Shown here: positions 13,260-22,057 of the stretch, piece by piece
Position numbering within the stretch: position 1 is the first letter of the stretch
Layout of the letters: each line of letters begins with the position of its first letter
Assembly (NCBI GenBank): GCA_027013145.1
Contig: JALUXX010000011.1
Coordinates: forward strand, 192,556 to 256,555
Direction: 5' to 3'
DNA from: Gammaproteobacteria bacterium
GTDB lineage: Bacteria > Pseudomonadota > Gammaproteobacteria > 21-64-14
Length of the DNA: 64,000 nucleotides
Program-made: the position numbers and the translations under genes
The notes under the pieces: generated by a model
Databases searched by the model: none
Seen by the model: only the letters and a program-made list of their open reading frames with translations
Told to the model about the DNA's origin: nothing

Positions 13260-14317
13260 CGCCCGGCGCCCGCCCCGGCCGTGGTGCGCGCGGCGATGCG
13301 CCGCAGCAGACGCAGCGACCCGGAGATGTCCGGCAACCGGGTGACCACGCGCGCCCCCTCGAGCCCGCGGATCTCCGCGTCCGCGGCGCGAACCGCCGGC
13401 GCGGCGGCGTCGAAATACTCCTCGAGCCAGCGCGCCGCCGTCTCCAGACTCGTGCGATAGAGCGCAGGTTCGCCCCGCAGGACGGCCAGGCGCGCGGTCT
13501 CGAGCTGCAGTGTGAGGTTCTGGCGCAGGAACCAGCGCTCGTCGGGGGCGAGCATCGGTCGCGGCGGATGGTCCACGCGTCGCACCACCACCAGGCTGCG
13601 CAGGCTCTCGCCGACGGCATGCAGCACCTGGCGCCAGCCGTGCGCCGCCGGGCGCTCGCCGCCGCGGGAGACCGCGGGCGCCGCCGCCACGTGCGCGGAG
13701 GCCGTCGGCAGGGTGCCCACCGATGCGATCAAGGCCCCCAGACGCGCCTCGATCCCGGTCACGTCGGCGACGGGCGCCGCCCGCAGCGCGGCGATCTCCT
13801 GCGCGATGCGCTCGCGTACGGGGCGGAAGGCCGGGTCCGCGAGCGCGGCGAGGCGGCGGTCCGCCGCCTGCAGCGCGGCGATCGCGGTGGCCGCGTCCGC
13901 GCTCAACTGCGCGCGCTGGTTCGCGATCGACAACAGGTACTCGGCTTCGGCCACGCGCCAACCGCCGCGTTCGCGTCCCAGGCCGGTACGCAGCGACTCG
14001 AGCGCGCGCCGCAGATCGCGCACTCCGGCCGCGTTGGCCGCCTCGGCGCGCGCGAGCCGCGCGGAACTCTCTTCGAGCCGGGCCCGCAGCGAGGCGACCT
14101 GGGCGGTGAGCGCCGTGCGCGCATGCTCTGCGCGCCGCTGGTTCCATGCCAGCCAGCCGGACCCGGCGAGCGCCGCCACGGCCAGCAGCAGCGCGACGAC
14201 GGCGACGACCGCCGCCGCGCGCCCGCCGCGGCCGCTCGCCGGCGGCGCCGCGTCCTCCGACTGCGCCCCCGGCTTCTCCTCCGCGACCGGGGCCGGCACC
14301 GTCTCCTGCTCACTCAT
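13256..14317 (-). CDS. hemX: HemX-family membrane protein
   Basis: TM segment, coiled coil, WRVAEAEYLL, FLRQNLTLQLE. Confidence 0.9.
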   Translation of the reverse strand: MSEQETVPAPVAEEKPGAQSEDAAPPASGRGGRAAAVVAVVALLLAVAALAGSGWLAWNQRRAEHARTALTAQVASLRARLEESSARLARAEAANAAGVRDLRRALESLRTGLGRERGGWRVAEAEYLLSIANQRAQLSADAATAIAALQAADRRLAALADPAFRPVRERIAQEIAALRAAPVADVTGIEARLGALIASVGTLPTASAHVAAAPAVSRGGERPAAHGWRQVLHAVGESLRSLVVVRRVDHPPRPMLAPDERWFLRQNLTLQLETARLAVLRGEPALYRTSLETAARWLEEYFDAAAPAVRAADAEIRGLEGARVVTRLPDISGSLRLLRRIAARTTAGAGAGR

Positions 14318-14446
14318 ACGTGCGTTTACCCCCGGCGCCGCGGCGCCGATCGACCTCCGTGCACGGCCCCCGCCGGCGCGTGTCCGACGCTCCCACCGGC
14401 ATGGTAGCGGATCGCGTGCGCGCTGTAACGCGACCGGCCGGTGCCC

Positions 14447-15250
14447 TCATGCGCGCGACCCGCGGCGCCACTCGGCGACGGCCGCCACGAGCGCCTCGTC
14501 GCTCGCCTCGGCGGCGACGAGCACCGCCTCGCGGCAGCCGAGCTCGCGCGCCAGTGCCGCCGTGCGCTCGCCGACGACCGCGAGCGGCGTACGGCGCAGC
14601 CATTGGCGCCCGAGCTTGCCGACCAGCTCGAAGAGGTTGCGCAGTCCCTCGCCGCTGGTCACGGTGACGATCTGGAGTTCGCCGCGGGCCCAGTGGCGCA
14701 GGAGCCGGCCGACGTCGGCGTCGGGCCGGCCGCGACGGTAGGCCTCGGCGTATTCGACCTGCGCGCCGCGCCGGCGCAGCTCGTCGCCGAGCAGTTCGCG
14801 CCCGCCCTCGCCGCGAAAGATCACCACGCGGCGTCCGGCCACGGCCGCGGCCTGCATCTGCGGGGTCGCAAGCAGCGCCTCGGTGTTGAACGGGCGCGGC
14901 GGCACGATATCCGCACGGACCCCCGCACGCTCCAACTCGCGCGCCGAACCGCGGCCGATGGCGGCGATGCGCAGCCCTGCGGGCAGGGCGCGCCGCCCGA
15001 GCAACAGGTTCAGGGTCTTGGTCACGGCGTTCGGGCTGATGAAGATCGCGAGATCGAAGGTGTCGAGGCGGTCGATCAGCGCCAGCAGGGGGCCGCGGTC
15101 CGCCGGGTCCAGGATCTCGAGCACGGGGAAGCGGATCGCGCGCCCGCCCCCGGCCTCGATCAGCCGACAGAGCGGTTCGGCCTGATGGGCGGGACGGGTG
15201 ACGAGCACGCCGATCCCCGCGAGCGGGGCGCCCTCAACGTCTTCCACCAT
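14447..15250 (-). CDS. hemD: Uroporphyrinogen-III synthase
   Basis: VLVTRPAHQA, IFISPNAV, RGEGGRELL, TVTSGEGL. Confidence 0.95.
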   Translation of the reverse strand: MVEDVEGAPLAGIGVLVTRPAHQAEPLCRLIEAGGGRAIRFPVLEILDPADRGPLLALIDRLDTFDLAIFISPNAVTKTLNLLLGRRALPAGLRIAAIGRGSARELERAGVRADIVPPRPFNTEALLATPQMQAAAVAGRRVVIFRGEGGRELLGDELRRRGAQVEYAEAYRRGRPDADVGRLLRHWARGELQIVTVTSGEGLRNLFELVGKLGRQWLRRTPLAVVGERTAALARELGCREAVLVAAEASDEALVAAVAEWRRGSRA

Positions 15251-15271
15251 CGTCGCAGCTCCCGGGCCCGA

Positions 15272-16204
15272 TCAGGCGCCGGCGTCGAACAGGTCCTGGA
15301 GGATCCGCGCGGCGCCGCGCGCAAGCAGCTCCTCCGCGAGGCGGCGCCCCAGCGCCGCGCCCTCGGCCGCCGGTCCGCGCACCTCGCCCTCGACCAGCTC
15401 GCTGCCGTCGGTGCGCCCGACCAGACCGCGCAGGTGCAGCGTCGGGCCGGCGAGCGTGGCGTGACCGGCGATCGGGACCTGACAGCCGCCGCCGAGCCGC
15501 GCCCCGAAGGCCCGCTCGGCGGCCACGCAGGCGGCGGTGGGCGCATCGTTCAGCGGCAGGATGCGTTCGAGCACGCGCACGTCGTCCGCCCGGCACTCGA
15601 TGCCGATCACCCCCTGCCCCACGGCCGGCAGGCTCTGGTCGGGGTCGAGCGGCGCCCGGATGCGCTCGCCCAGACCCAGCCGCCGCAGGCCCGCCGCCGC
15701 CAGCACGATGGCCTCGTACTCCCCGCGGTCGAGCTTCGCGAGGCGCGTCTGCACGTTGCCCCGCAGGTCGAGAATTCGCAGCCGCGGGCGGCGCGCGCGC
15801 AACTGACACGCCCGACGCAGGCTCGATGTCCCCACGCGGGCGCCGTCCGGCAGCGCCGCGAGCGATGGATAGCCCGAGACCAGGGCGTCGCGCGGGTCTT
15901 CGCGCGCCAGCACCACCGGCAGCACCAGTCCCTCGGGCAGTTCGGCGGGCACGTCCTTGAGGGAATGGACTGCGAGGTCGGCCTCGCCCTTGCGCAGACT
16001 CTCCTCGAGTTCCTTGAGGAACAGGCCCTTGCCGCCGATCTTCGCGAGCGGGCTGTCGAGGATGCGGTCGCCGCGGGTCTGCATCGGCAACAGCTCCACC
16101 CGCAGCCCGGGGTGGTGCTCCCGCAGCCGGTCGCGCACCCATCCGGCCTGCCACAGCGCCAGCGGGCTGCGGCGCGTGGCAATGCGCAGCAGGGACCCGC
16201 TCAC
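15272..16204 (-). CDS. hemC: Hydroxymethylbilane synthase
   Basis: [39 protein letters not shown]. Confidence 0.97.
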   Translation of the reverse strand: MSGSLLRIATRRSPLALWQAGWVRDRLREHHPGLRVELLPMQTRGDRILDSPLAKIGGKGLFLKELEESLRKGEADLAVHSLKDVPAELPEGLVLPVVLAREDPRDALVSGYPSLAALPDGARVGTSSLRRACQLRARRPRLRILDLRGNVQTRLAKLDRGEYEAIVLAAAGLRRLGLGERIRAPLDPDQSLPAVGQGVIGIECRADDVRVLERILPLNDAPTAACVAAERAFGARLGGGCQVPIAGHATLAGPTLHLRGLVGRTDGSELVEGEVRGPAAEGAALGRRLAEELLARGAARILQDLFDAGA

Positions 16205-16307
16205 GTGCCCGCCATCCGTAACCGAACCATATGATTTCCCGCGAGAACCCTGAAAGCCGCCCAGGCCGCGCCCATGCTATGCCGAGCCCGCCACGCTGGC
16301 AACTCAT

Positions 16308-17094
16308 CAAAGGGGACAGATTTATTTGGCGCGCAGCTCGCGAGGTCGGTCGCCCGGCCTGCGGGGCTCGATGCGCCGCCCCGTGACCTGCTCTACGTCG
16401 TCGACGAAACGACCGTTTCCGGTCAACTGGCCGCGCTGTACCGCCTCCCGGATCAAGTCCCACTCGCCGTTCGGAATCGCCGCTCGCACGAACGCACTGT
16501 AGCGTTCGCGGCGCTGCTCGGGCGTTTCCCCCAACGACGTATAGCAGGGATCCTCGTCAATCCAGGATGATTCCTCCAGCCCCGCCTTGGCGCGGTAACT
16601 CGACCACCGGTATTCCTGCGGCGATGCCACCATGCGCGCGCGCACGGGATTCAGATCCACATAGCGGCAACAGGCCAGCAGGTAGGCCTCGGTTTGAACG
16701 GGGCTCGATTTGTACCGGCTTTCCCAAAGGGTCCCCCGTCGCCCCTCCAGCCGATTCACATGGCGCGTCTGCCGCCCGGCCAACCGCTTCATCAAACGAG
16801 CCAGCATCGCGACTTCGTCGGGTGGTTCGACAATCAGATGGACATGATTCGTCATCAGGCAATAGCCGTACACCTTGACGCCAAGTTCGATCTTCCAGCG
16901 CTTCAGGGTATCGAGGTAGTACCTGAAATCTCCTTCCCCAGCGAACACCGCTTGACGGTTGTGACCGCGTTGCACAATGTGATGCGCGCAATTCGGCACC
17001 ACCACCCTGCCTGTCCTTGGCATAGGGGCTCCTCCCGCGTGACTCACGCGTCAGAATGCTAAACCGTAAGGCTCAAATAAATCTGTCCCCTTTG
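16308..17094. mobile_element. 787-bp element: RAYT-like Y1 transposase gene bounded by perfect 21-bp inverted repeats
   Basis: CAAAGGGGACAGATTTATTTG (16308-16328) and its exact reverse complement CAAATAAATCTGTCCCCTTTG (17074-17094). More A/T-ending codons than the flanking genes. Confidence 0.75.
16322..17023 (-). CDS. REP-associated tyrosine transposase (RAYT)-like Y1 HuH endonuclease
   Basis: MPRTGR start, HIVQRGHNRQAVF, CLMTNHVHL (HuH), YVDLNPVRA (catalytic Tyr region), YRWSSY. Confidence 0.92.
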   Translation of the reverse strand: MPRTGRVVVPNCAHHIVQRGHNRQAVFAGEGDFRYYLDTLKRWKIELGVKVYGYCLMTNHVHLIVEPPDEVAMLARLMKRLAGRQTRHVNRLEGRRGTLWESRYKSSPVQTEAYLLACCRYVDLNPVRARMVASPQEYRWSSYRAKAGLEESSWIDEDPCYTSLGETPEQRRERYSAFVRAAIPNGEWDLIREAVQRGQLTGNGRFVDDVEQVTGRRIEPRRPGDRPRELRAK

Positions 17095-17123
17095 GGAAGG
17101 GTCTGTCCCCTTTGGGAAGGGTC
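17082..17123 (+). repeat. Tandem 20-bp direct repeat overlapping the right inverted repeat
   Basis: TCTGTCCCCTTTGGGAAGGG x2 (17082-17101, 17102-17121) plus TC. Each unit contains a CCCTT-TGGG-AAGGG mini-hairpin. Confidence 0.9.
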
Positions 17124-17706
17124 ACAACAGCTGGTTGCCGTACCCCCAGATGGCTACGCTGGCCATGAGCAGGGCCTCCAGCACCAGCACGCCGATGGCG
17201 AAGATCGAGCCGGAAACCCGAAGGCCCTCCTCTTTGCTGATGTTGAGGAAACAAGGCACCGCCAGATACAAGAGATACCCCGAATAAAGCAGGGCGGCCG
17301 CGCCCACGACGATGCAGACCCACACGACCGGGTACAGCGCGACCAGGCCGCTGATGAACATCGGTGTCGCGATGTAGGCGGCGAATACCACACAGCGGCG
17401 CAGAGCCGGTCTCTGGGGATAACCCCTCGCCAACCAGTGGATCACCTTCCCCATGAAGACCACCGCCGCGAGGATCGCAACGTAGAACACGGCTCCCAAA
17501 ATGGCGGCGGTAGTCTGGCTGAGGACGATCGTTTTCCCGCCAAGGTCCCAGCCGTGCCCCGTCGTTCCGATAAAGGCGCTGACCACGGGGATGGCGGCCA
17601 GCAATAACACATGGTGGCAGTAACAGTGTGAGACGCTCTCGTTTTCTTCTGCAATGGCATGCATCTCGTGATCAGGATGCGTCAGAAGTCCGCGGACATG
17701 GCTCAT
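17122..17706 (-). CDS. Yip1/DUF1282 (YohC-like) inner membrane protein
   Basis: MSHVRGLLTHPDHE, LLLAAIPVVSAFIGTT, AAYIATPMF; about five TM segments. Confidence 0.88.
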   Translation of the reverse strand: MSHVRGLLTHPDHEMHAIAEENESVSHCYCHHVLLLAAIPVVSAFIGTTGHGWDLGGKTIVLSQTTAAILGAVFYVAILAAVVFMGKVIHWLARGYPQRPALRRCVVFAAYIATPMFISGLVALYPVVWVCIVVGAAALLYSGYLLYLAVPCFLNISKEEGLRVSGSIFAIGVLVLEALLMASVAIWGYGNQLL

Positions 17707-18082
17707 ACCCCTTCCCCCGTCGAAACGCCGCATCGGCAACAATCGTAGTATAGCCAGCAAAGTCTGTAGGGGTACATCGACTACAGGGCCGTCCCGAGTG
17801 CACCGGATCCCCGGCCGGTAAGCCCGTAGACCCATTGGTACGTGATCGCTGAGCGCGGATTCCCACTGCTTCCGAGCGGTCTTTCGCTCGGCTTCTTCGG
17901 CGACCGTCGGAATGAAGGGCGGTGTCCGTGCGTCCTGAACTGTAATGCCGATCGCCGGCAGGCCGCGAACCGGCGTGTTCCCGGATGAGGGTCCGCCGGG
18001 GTTGCATCCGGGCTGCGGGATCCCGCCCGCCAGTTACACAGGTCTCTACGATGCCTATCGACCGCAAAGGGGTAGCGCCGAA

Positions 18083-18604
18083 GTGAAGCGCGGAGGATGG
18101 TTCGGCGCGGCCGCGGCGATGTTGCTGGCGGCGGTCGCGGGCACGCCGGCGGCGGGCGCCGCGGGGGCGGTACCGCAGGTCCGTGATCTCGCCGCGCTCG
18201 GGCGGGCGGCGGCGGCGCGCCGGGTGCCGATCGTCCTGGAATTCGCCGCCAGCGACTGCCGCTACTGCCGCGAACTGGAACGCGACGTGCTCGTGCCGAT
18301 GCGCGTGAGCGGCGATTATCGCGACAAGGCGCTGATCCGGCGGATCGAGATCGACACCGGCGCGACGGTGCGCGACTTCGGCGGGCGCCCGGTGGCGGCC
18401 GCCGCGCTGGCGCGGCGCTACGGGGTCGAGGTGACTCCGGTGGTGGTCCTGCTCGGTCCCGGCGGCCGCGAACTGGTCCCGCGCCTGGTCGGGATCGCCA
18501 ACCCGGATTTCTATCCCGGCGAGCTCGACGCCGCGATCAGCCGCGCGCGGAACCGGTTGCGCGCTGCAACAGGCGCCGTAGCCGCGGCTGGTGGCGGCGG
18601 CTGA
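18083..18604 (+). CDS. Exported thioredoxin-fold protein (SoxW/SoxS-like)
   Basis: Signal peptide, EFAASDCRYC (CxxC), YGVEVTP cis-Pro motif. Confidence 0.8.
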   Translation: MKRGGWFGAAAAMLLAAVAGTPAAGAAGAVPQVRDLAALGRAAAARRVPIVLEFAASDCRYCRELERDVLVPMRVSGDYRDKALIRRIEIDTGATVRDFGGRPVAAAALARRYGVEVTPVVVLLGPGGRELVPRLVGIANPDFYPGELDAAISRARNRLRAATGAVAAAGGGG

Positions 18605-19298
18605 CTTCCAGGCACACGTCCACGCCGTCCACCCGTGCGCACACGCGCCCCTCGGGGTCGCGATCGAGCCCGCTGAAGAAGGCGCGCGCGACGAGGGCGT
18701 TGCGGTGGATGCGCACGAAGCGCTCGCCGAATTCGCGCTCCAGCGCCGTGAGGCTCTCCTCGATCAGCAGGGCGTTTCCGTCCACATAGACCGTCACGTA
18801 TTTGTCCGCGGCCCGCAGGCAGCGCACCTCCTCGACGGGGACCAGGGTCAGGCTGCCGCGCACCCGCGCGCAGAGGTGACTGCGCGCCGCGGCCCCCGCT
18901 TCGGCGCGCTCATCGCCGCGCAGCGCCTCGAGTTGGGCGCGTGTGACGTGGCGCGTGCGGGCGAGCGCGGCGGCCAGGCGTTCGCGCCGGATGGGCTTGA
19001 GCAGGTAGTCGACCGCATGCGCCTCGAAAGCCTCCAGGGCGTGATCGCCGTAGGCGGTCGTGAAGATCACGGCGGGGGGCGCGGGCAGGGTCGCGAGGTG
19101 GCGGGCCGCCTCGAGCCCGTCCATGCCGGGCATGCGGATGTCGAGCAACAGCACCTCGGGGGCGAGTTCGTCGGCGCGCAGGATCGCCTCACGCCCGTCG
19201 GCGGCCTCGCCGACCACGGTGTAGCCGCCGAGTTCGGCGAGCAGGGTGCGCAGACGCCGCCGCGCCGGGGCCTCGTCGTCGGCGATCAGGACGTTCAT
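18537..19298 (-). CDS. algR: LytTR-family response regulator (AlgR-like)
   Basis: LIADDEAPARRRL, LLDIRMPGMDG, FVRIHRNALV, VSRRH. ATGA overlap with the sensor gene. Confidence 0.9.
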   Translation of the reverse strand: MNVLIADDEAPARRRLRTLLAELGGYTVVGEAADGREAILRADELAPEVLLLDIRMPGMDGLEAARHLATLPAPPAVIFTTAYGDHALEAFEAHAVDYLLKPIRRERLAAALARTRHVTRAQLEALRGDERAEAGAAARSHLCARVRGSLTLVPVEEVRCLRAADKYVTVYVDGNALLIEESLTALEREFGERFVRIHRNALVARAFFSGLDRDPEGRVCARVDGVDVCLEVSRRHQPRLRRLLQRATGSARG

Positions 19299-20368
19299 CG
19301 CGCCTCCTCCGCCGCCAGCGGCAGGCGCAGGCGGACCTCGAAGTGCCCGTCGGTCGTACGCACGCTGAGCGCGGCTGCCTCGCCGTAGGCGAGTGCGAGC
19401 CGCTCGCGGATGTTCTCGAGGGCGATGCGATGTCCGTCCCGCCGGCGCGTCGCGGACCCCGGCGGGGGTAGCGGGTTGCGCAGGACCAGGACCACCGCGC
19501 CGCCCTCGCGGTGCGCCTCGACCTGGATCGCCCCGCCCTCGGGCCGGGGTTCGATGCCGTGGTAGACGGCGTTCTCGAACAGCGGCTGCAGGAGGAGCGG
19601 CGGGACGGGCAGATTCGCCGGCAGATCGTCGGTGCGCCACTCCACGCGCAGGCGCTCGCCGAGGCGAAGCCCCTCGATCCGCAGGTAGCGGCGCGCCATG
19701 TCGATCTCCTCGCCGAGGCCGACGCGGCGGCGCGCGTCGGAGAGCGCGGCGCGGAACAGGTCGGCGAGGTCCTCGATCGCGGTTTCGGCGATCTCGGGGC
19801 GCTCACGGGTCAGGGCGGCGATGGTGTTCATGCTGTTGAACAGGAAATGCGGGCGGATCCGCGCCTGCAGGGCCTGGAGCCGCGCGTGCGCCTCGGCCTG
19901 CAGGTTGCGCCGCCATTGGTGCTGGACGTAGAGATGGCGCAGCACCACGGCGGCGACGATCGCGGCGATGACGAGGTTGCGCAGCACGAAGGCCGCGTGC
20001 CCCTCGCGCACGCCGCCGTACTGGAGTCCCTGCCACTGCAGGAGGCGGTACGCGGCCTCGCTCACGGCCAGGGTCACCAGCAGCAGCAGGGCGTAGCTCA
20101 CCCAACCCGCGCGGGTATCGCCGAGCCGTGCCAAGCGCCCGCGCAGCGCGCACAGCAGGCCGGCGCCCGACAGGGCGACCCACTGGATGGACAGCGAGAC
20201 CAGGCTCAGGTCGCCCCAAGGGTCGCTCAGGTTCCGGGGCGGGGCGAGGGCCAGCACCAGGGCCAGCAGCTCCGAGAGCACGACCACGACGAAGACCACC
20301 CGGACATTGCAGAAGTCCGGGAGGAAGACCTCCGGCGTCCCATCGTCCGCCGCACTGCGTTCGACCAC
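19295..20368 (-). CDS. algZ: LytS-family sensor kinase (AlgZ/FimS-like)
   Basis: [36 protein letters not shown]; divergent from argH as in Pseudomonas. GTG start inferred. Confidence 0.88.
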   Translation of the reverse strand: MVERSAADDGTPEVFLPDFCNVRVVFVVVVLSELLALVLALAPPRNLSDPWGDLSLVSLSIQWVALSGAGLLCALRGRLARLGDTRAGWVSYALLLLVTLAVSEAAYRLLQWQGLQYGGVREGHAAFVLRNLVIAAIVAAVVLRHLYVQHQWRRNLQAEAHARLQALQARIRPHFLFNSMNTIAALTRERPEIAETAIEDLADLFRAALSDARRRVGLGEEIDMARRYLRIEGLRLGERLRVEWRTDDLPANLPVPPLLLQPLFENAVYHGIEPRPEGGAIQVEAHREGGAVVLVLRNPLPPPGSATRRRDGHRIALENIRERLALAYGEAAALSVRTTDGHFEVRLRLPLAAEEAR

Positions 20369-20511
20369 GCCCCGCCCCTCGACCCGCGCCCGCCCGCGCC
20401 CCGGCGGCGCGGGTGCAGGCCCCGAATTGCTATACTGCGCACCGGCACCGCGGCGGCGCAATCGGCACGCCGGCGGACCGTCCTCAGGATAGCGACAGGC
20501 GCGGCGCGGGC

Positions 20512-21900
20512 ATGAAGGACGACACGGCGGACAAACCCTGGGGCGGGCGCTTCGGCGAGCCCACCGACGCCTTCGTGGAGGCTTTCACGGCCTCGGTCCC
20601 GTTCGACCGGCGCCTCTACGCCTGCGACATCGAGGGCTCCGTCGCCCACGCGCGCATGCTCGAGCGCGCCGGGATCCTCGATGCGCGCGAGTGCCGCGCG
20701 ATCGTCGAGGGGCTCGAGGCGATCCGCGCGGAGATCGAGCGCGGCGACTTCGCCTGGTCGCTGGCGCTCGAGGACGTACACATGAACATCGAGGCGCGCC
20801 TGACCGCGCGCATCGGCGACGCCGGCAAGAAGCTGCACACGGGGCGCTCACGCAACGATCAGGTCGCCACCGATCTGCGGCTGTATCTGCGCGGCGAGAT
20901 CGACTCCGTGCGCGCCGCGATCGCCGGATTGCAGTCCGCGCTGCTGGATACGGCCGAGCGCGAGGCCGATACGATCATGCCCGGGTTCACCCACCTGCAG
21001 GCGGCGCAGCCGGTCACCTTCGGCCACCACCTCATGGCCTGGTTCGAGATGCTCGATCGCGATCGCGAGCGCCTGCTCGACTGCCGGCGACGCGTCAACG
21101 TCCTGCCGCTCGGGGCGGCGGCGCTCGCGGGCACCTCGTACCCGATCGACCGCGCCTATACCGCGGAACTGCTCGGTTTCGAGGGCGTCTGCACGAACTC
21201 GCTCGATGCCGTGAGCGACCGCGACTTCGTCATCGAGTTCCTGGGGTGCGCGGCGCTGCTGATGACCCATCTCTCGCGCATCGCCGAGGAGCTGATCCTG
21301 TGGTCCTCGGCGCAGTTCGCCTTCGTCGATCTGCCGGACCGCTACTGTACCGGCTCCTCGATCATGCCGCAGAAGAAGAACCCCGACGTACCGGAGCTCG
21401 TGCGCGGCAAGAGCGCGCGCGTCATCGGGCATCTGGTCGCCCTGCTGACCTTGATGAAGGCCCAGCCGCTCGCCTACAACAAGGACAACCAGGAGGACAA
21501 GGAGCCGCTGTTCGACGCCGTCGACACCGTGGCGGGTGCGCTGCGCGCGTTCACCGGTCTACTCCCCACCCTGCGCGTCGACCGCGAGCGGATGCGGCAG
21601 GCGGCGCGCCTGGGCTACACCACGGCCACCGATCTGGCCGACTATCTGGTCCGCCGGGGCGTCGCGTTTCGCGACGCCCACGAGGCGGTGGGGCGGGCGG
21701 TGCGCTTCGCGCTCGAACAGGGCCGCGACCTCTCCGAGCTGAGCCTCGAGGAGCTGCGTGGCTTCTCAGCGGCGATCGAGGAAGACGTCTACGCGGTGCT
21801 CACGCTCGAGGGCTCGGTGGCGGCGCGCAACCACCTCGGCGGCACCGCGCCGGAGCAGGTGCGCGCCGCCGTCCGCCGCGCCCGCGAACGCCTGTCCTGA
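20512..21900 (+). CDS. argH: Argininosuccinate lyase
   Basis: [30 protein letters not shown]. Confidence 0.97.
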   Translation: MKDDTADKPWGGRFGEPTDAFVEAFTASVPFDRRLYACDIEGSVAHARMLERAGILDARECRAIVEGLEAIRAEIERGDFAWSLALEDVHMNIEARLTARIGDAGKKLHTGRSRNDQVATDLRLYLRGEIDSVRAAIAGLQSALLDTAEREADTIMPGFTHLQAAQPVTFGHHLMAWFEMLDRDRERLLDCRRRVNVLPLGAAALAGTSYPIDRAYTAELLGFEGVCTNSLDAVSDRDFVIEFLGCAALLMTHLSRIAEELILWSSAQFAFVDLPDRYCTGSSIMPQKKNPDVPELVRGKSARVIGHLVALLTLMKAQPLAYNKDNQEDKEPLFDAVDTVAGALRAFTGLLPTLRVDRERMRQAARLGYTTATDLADYLVRRGVAFRDAHEAVGRAVRFALEQGRDLSELSLEELRGFSAAIEEDVYAVLTLEGSVAARNHLGGTAPEQVRAAVRRARERLS

Positions 21901-22057
21901 GTCCGAGGGCCCCGCGCCCCCGCGCGACCCCGCCGTCGGCGAGCGCCGTTGATGGCGATATAACTAGCCGAATGTTAAAGGGAATTCTGTGCCCGGCCGC
22001 GAGCCGCGGCGGCCCGGGGCTCCAGATCCCCGGCTCACGGCCGCTAACCGTGGGACC

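Noticed and set aside
17082..17123. Mini-CRISPR or classical REP/BIME
   Set aside because: Only two abutting copies, no spacer and no GTAG/GGAG-led REP palindrome; kept as a tandem duplication.
17730..17795. c-di-GMP-I riboswitch-like words (GGCAAC...GCAAAG..TGTAGG)
   Set aside because: No P2 stem with a GNRA tetraloop can be formed by eye. An Infernal search against the c-di-GMP-I model would be needed.
18065..18072. CAAAGGGG as a third copy of the element end
   Set aside because: Only 8 bp match; expected by chance.
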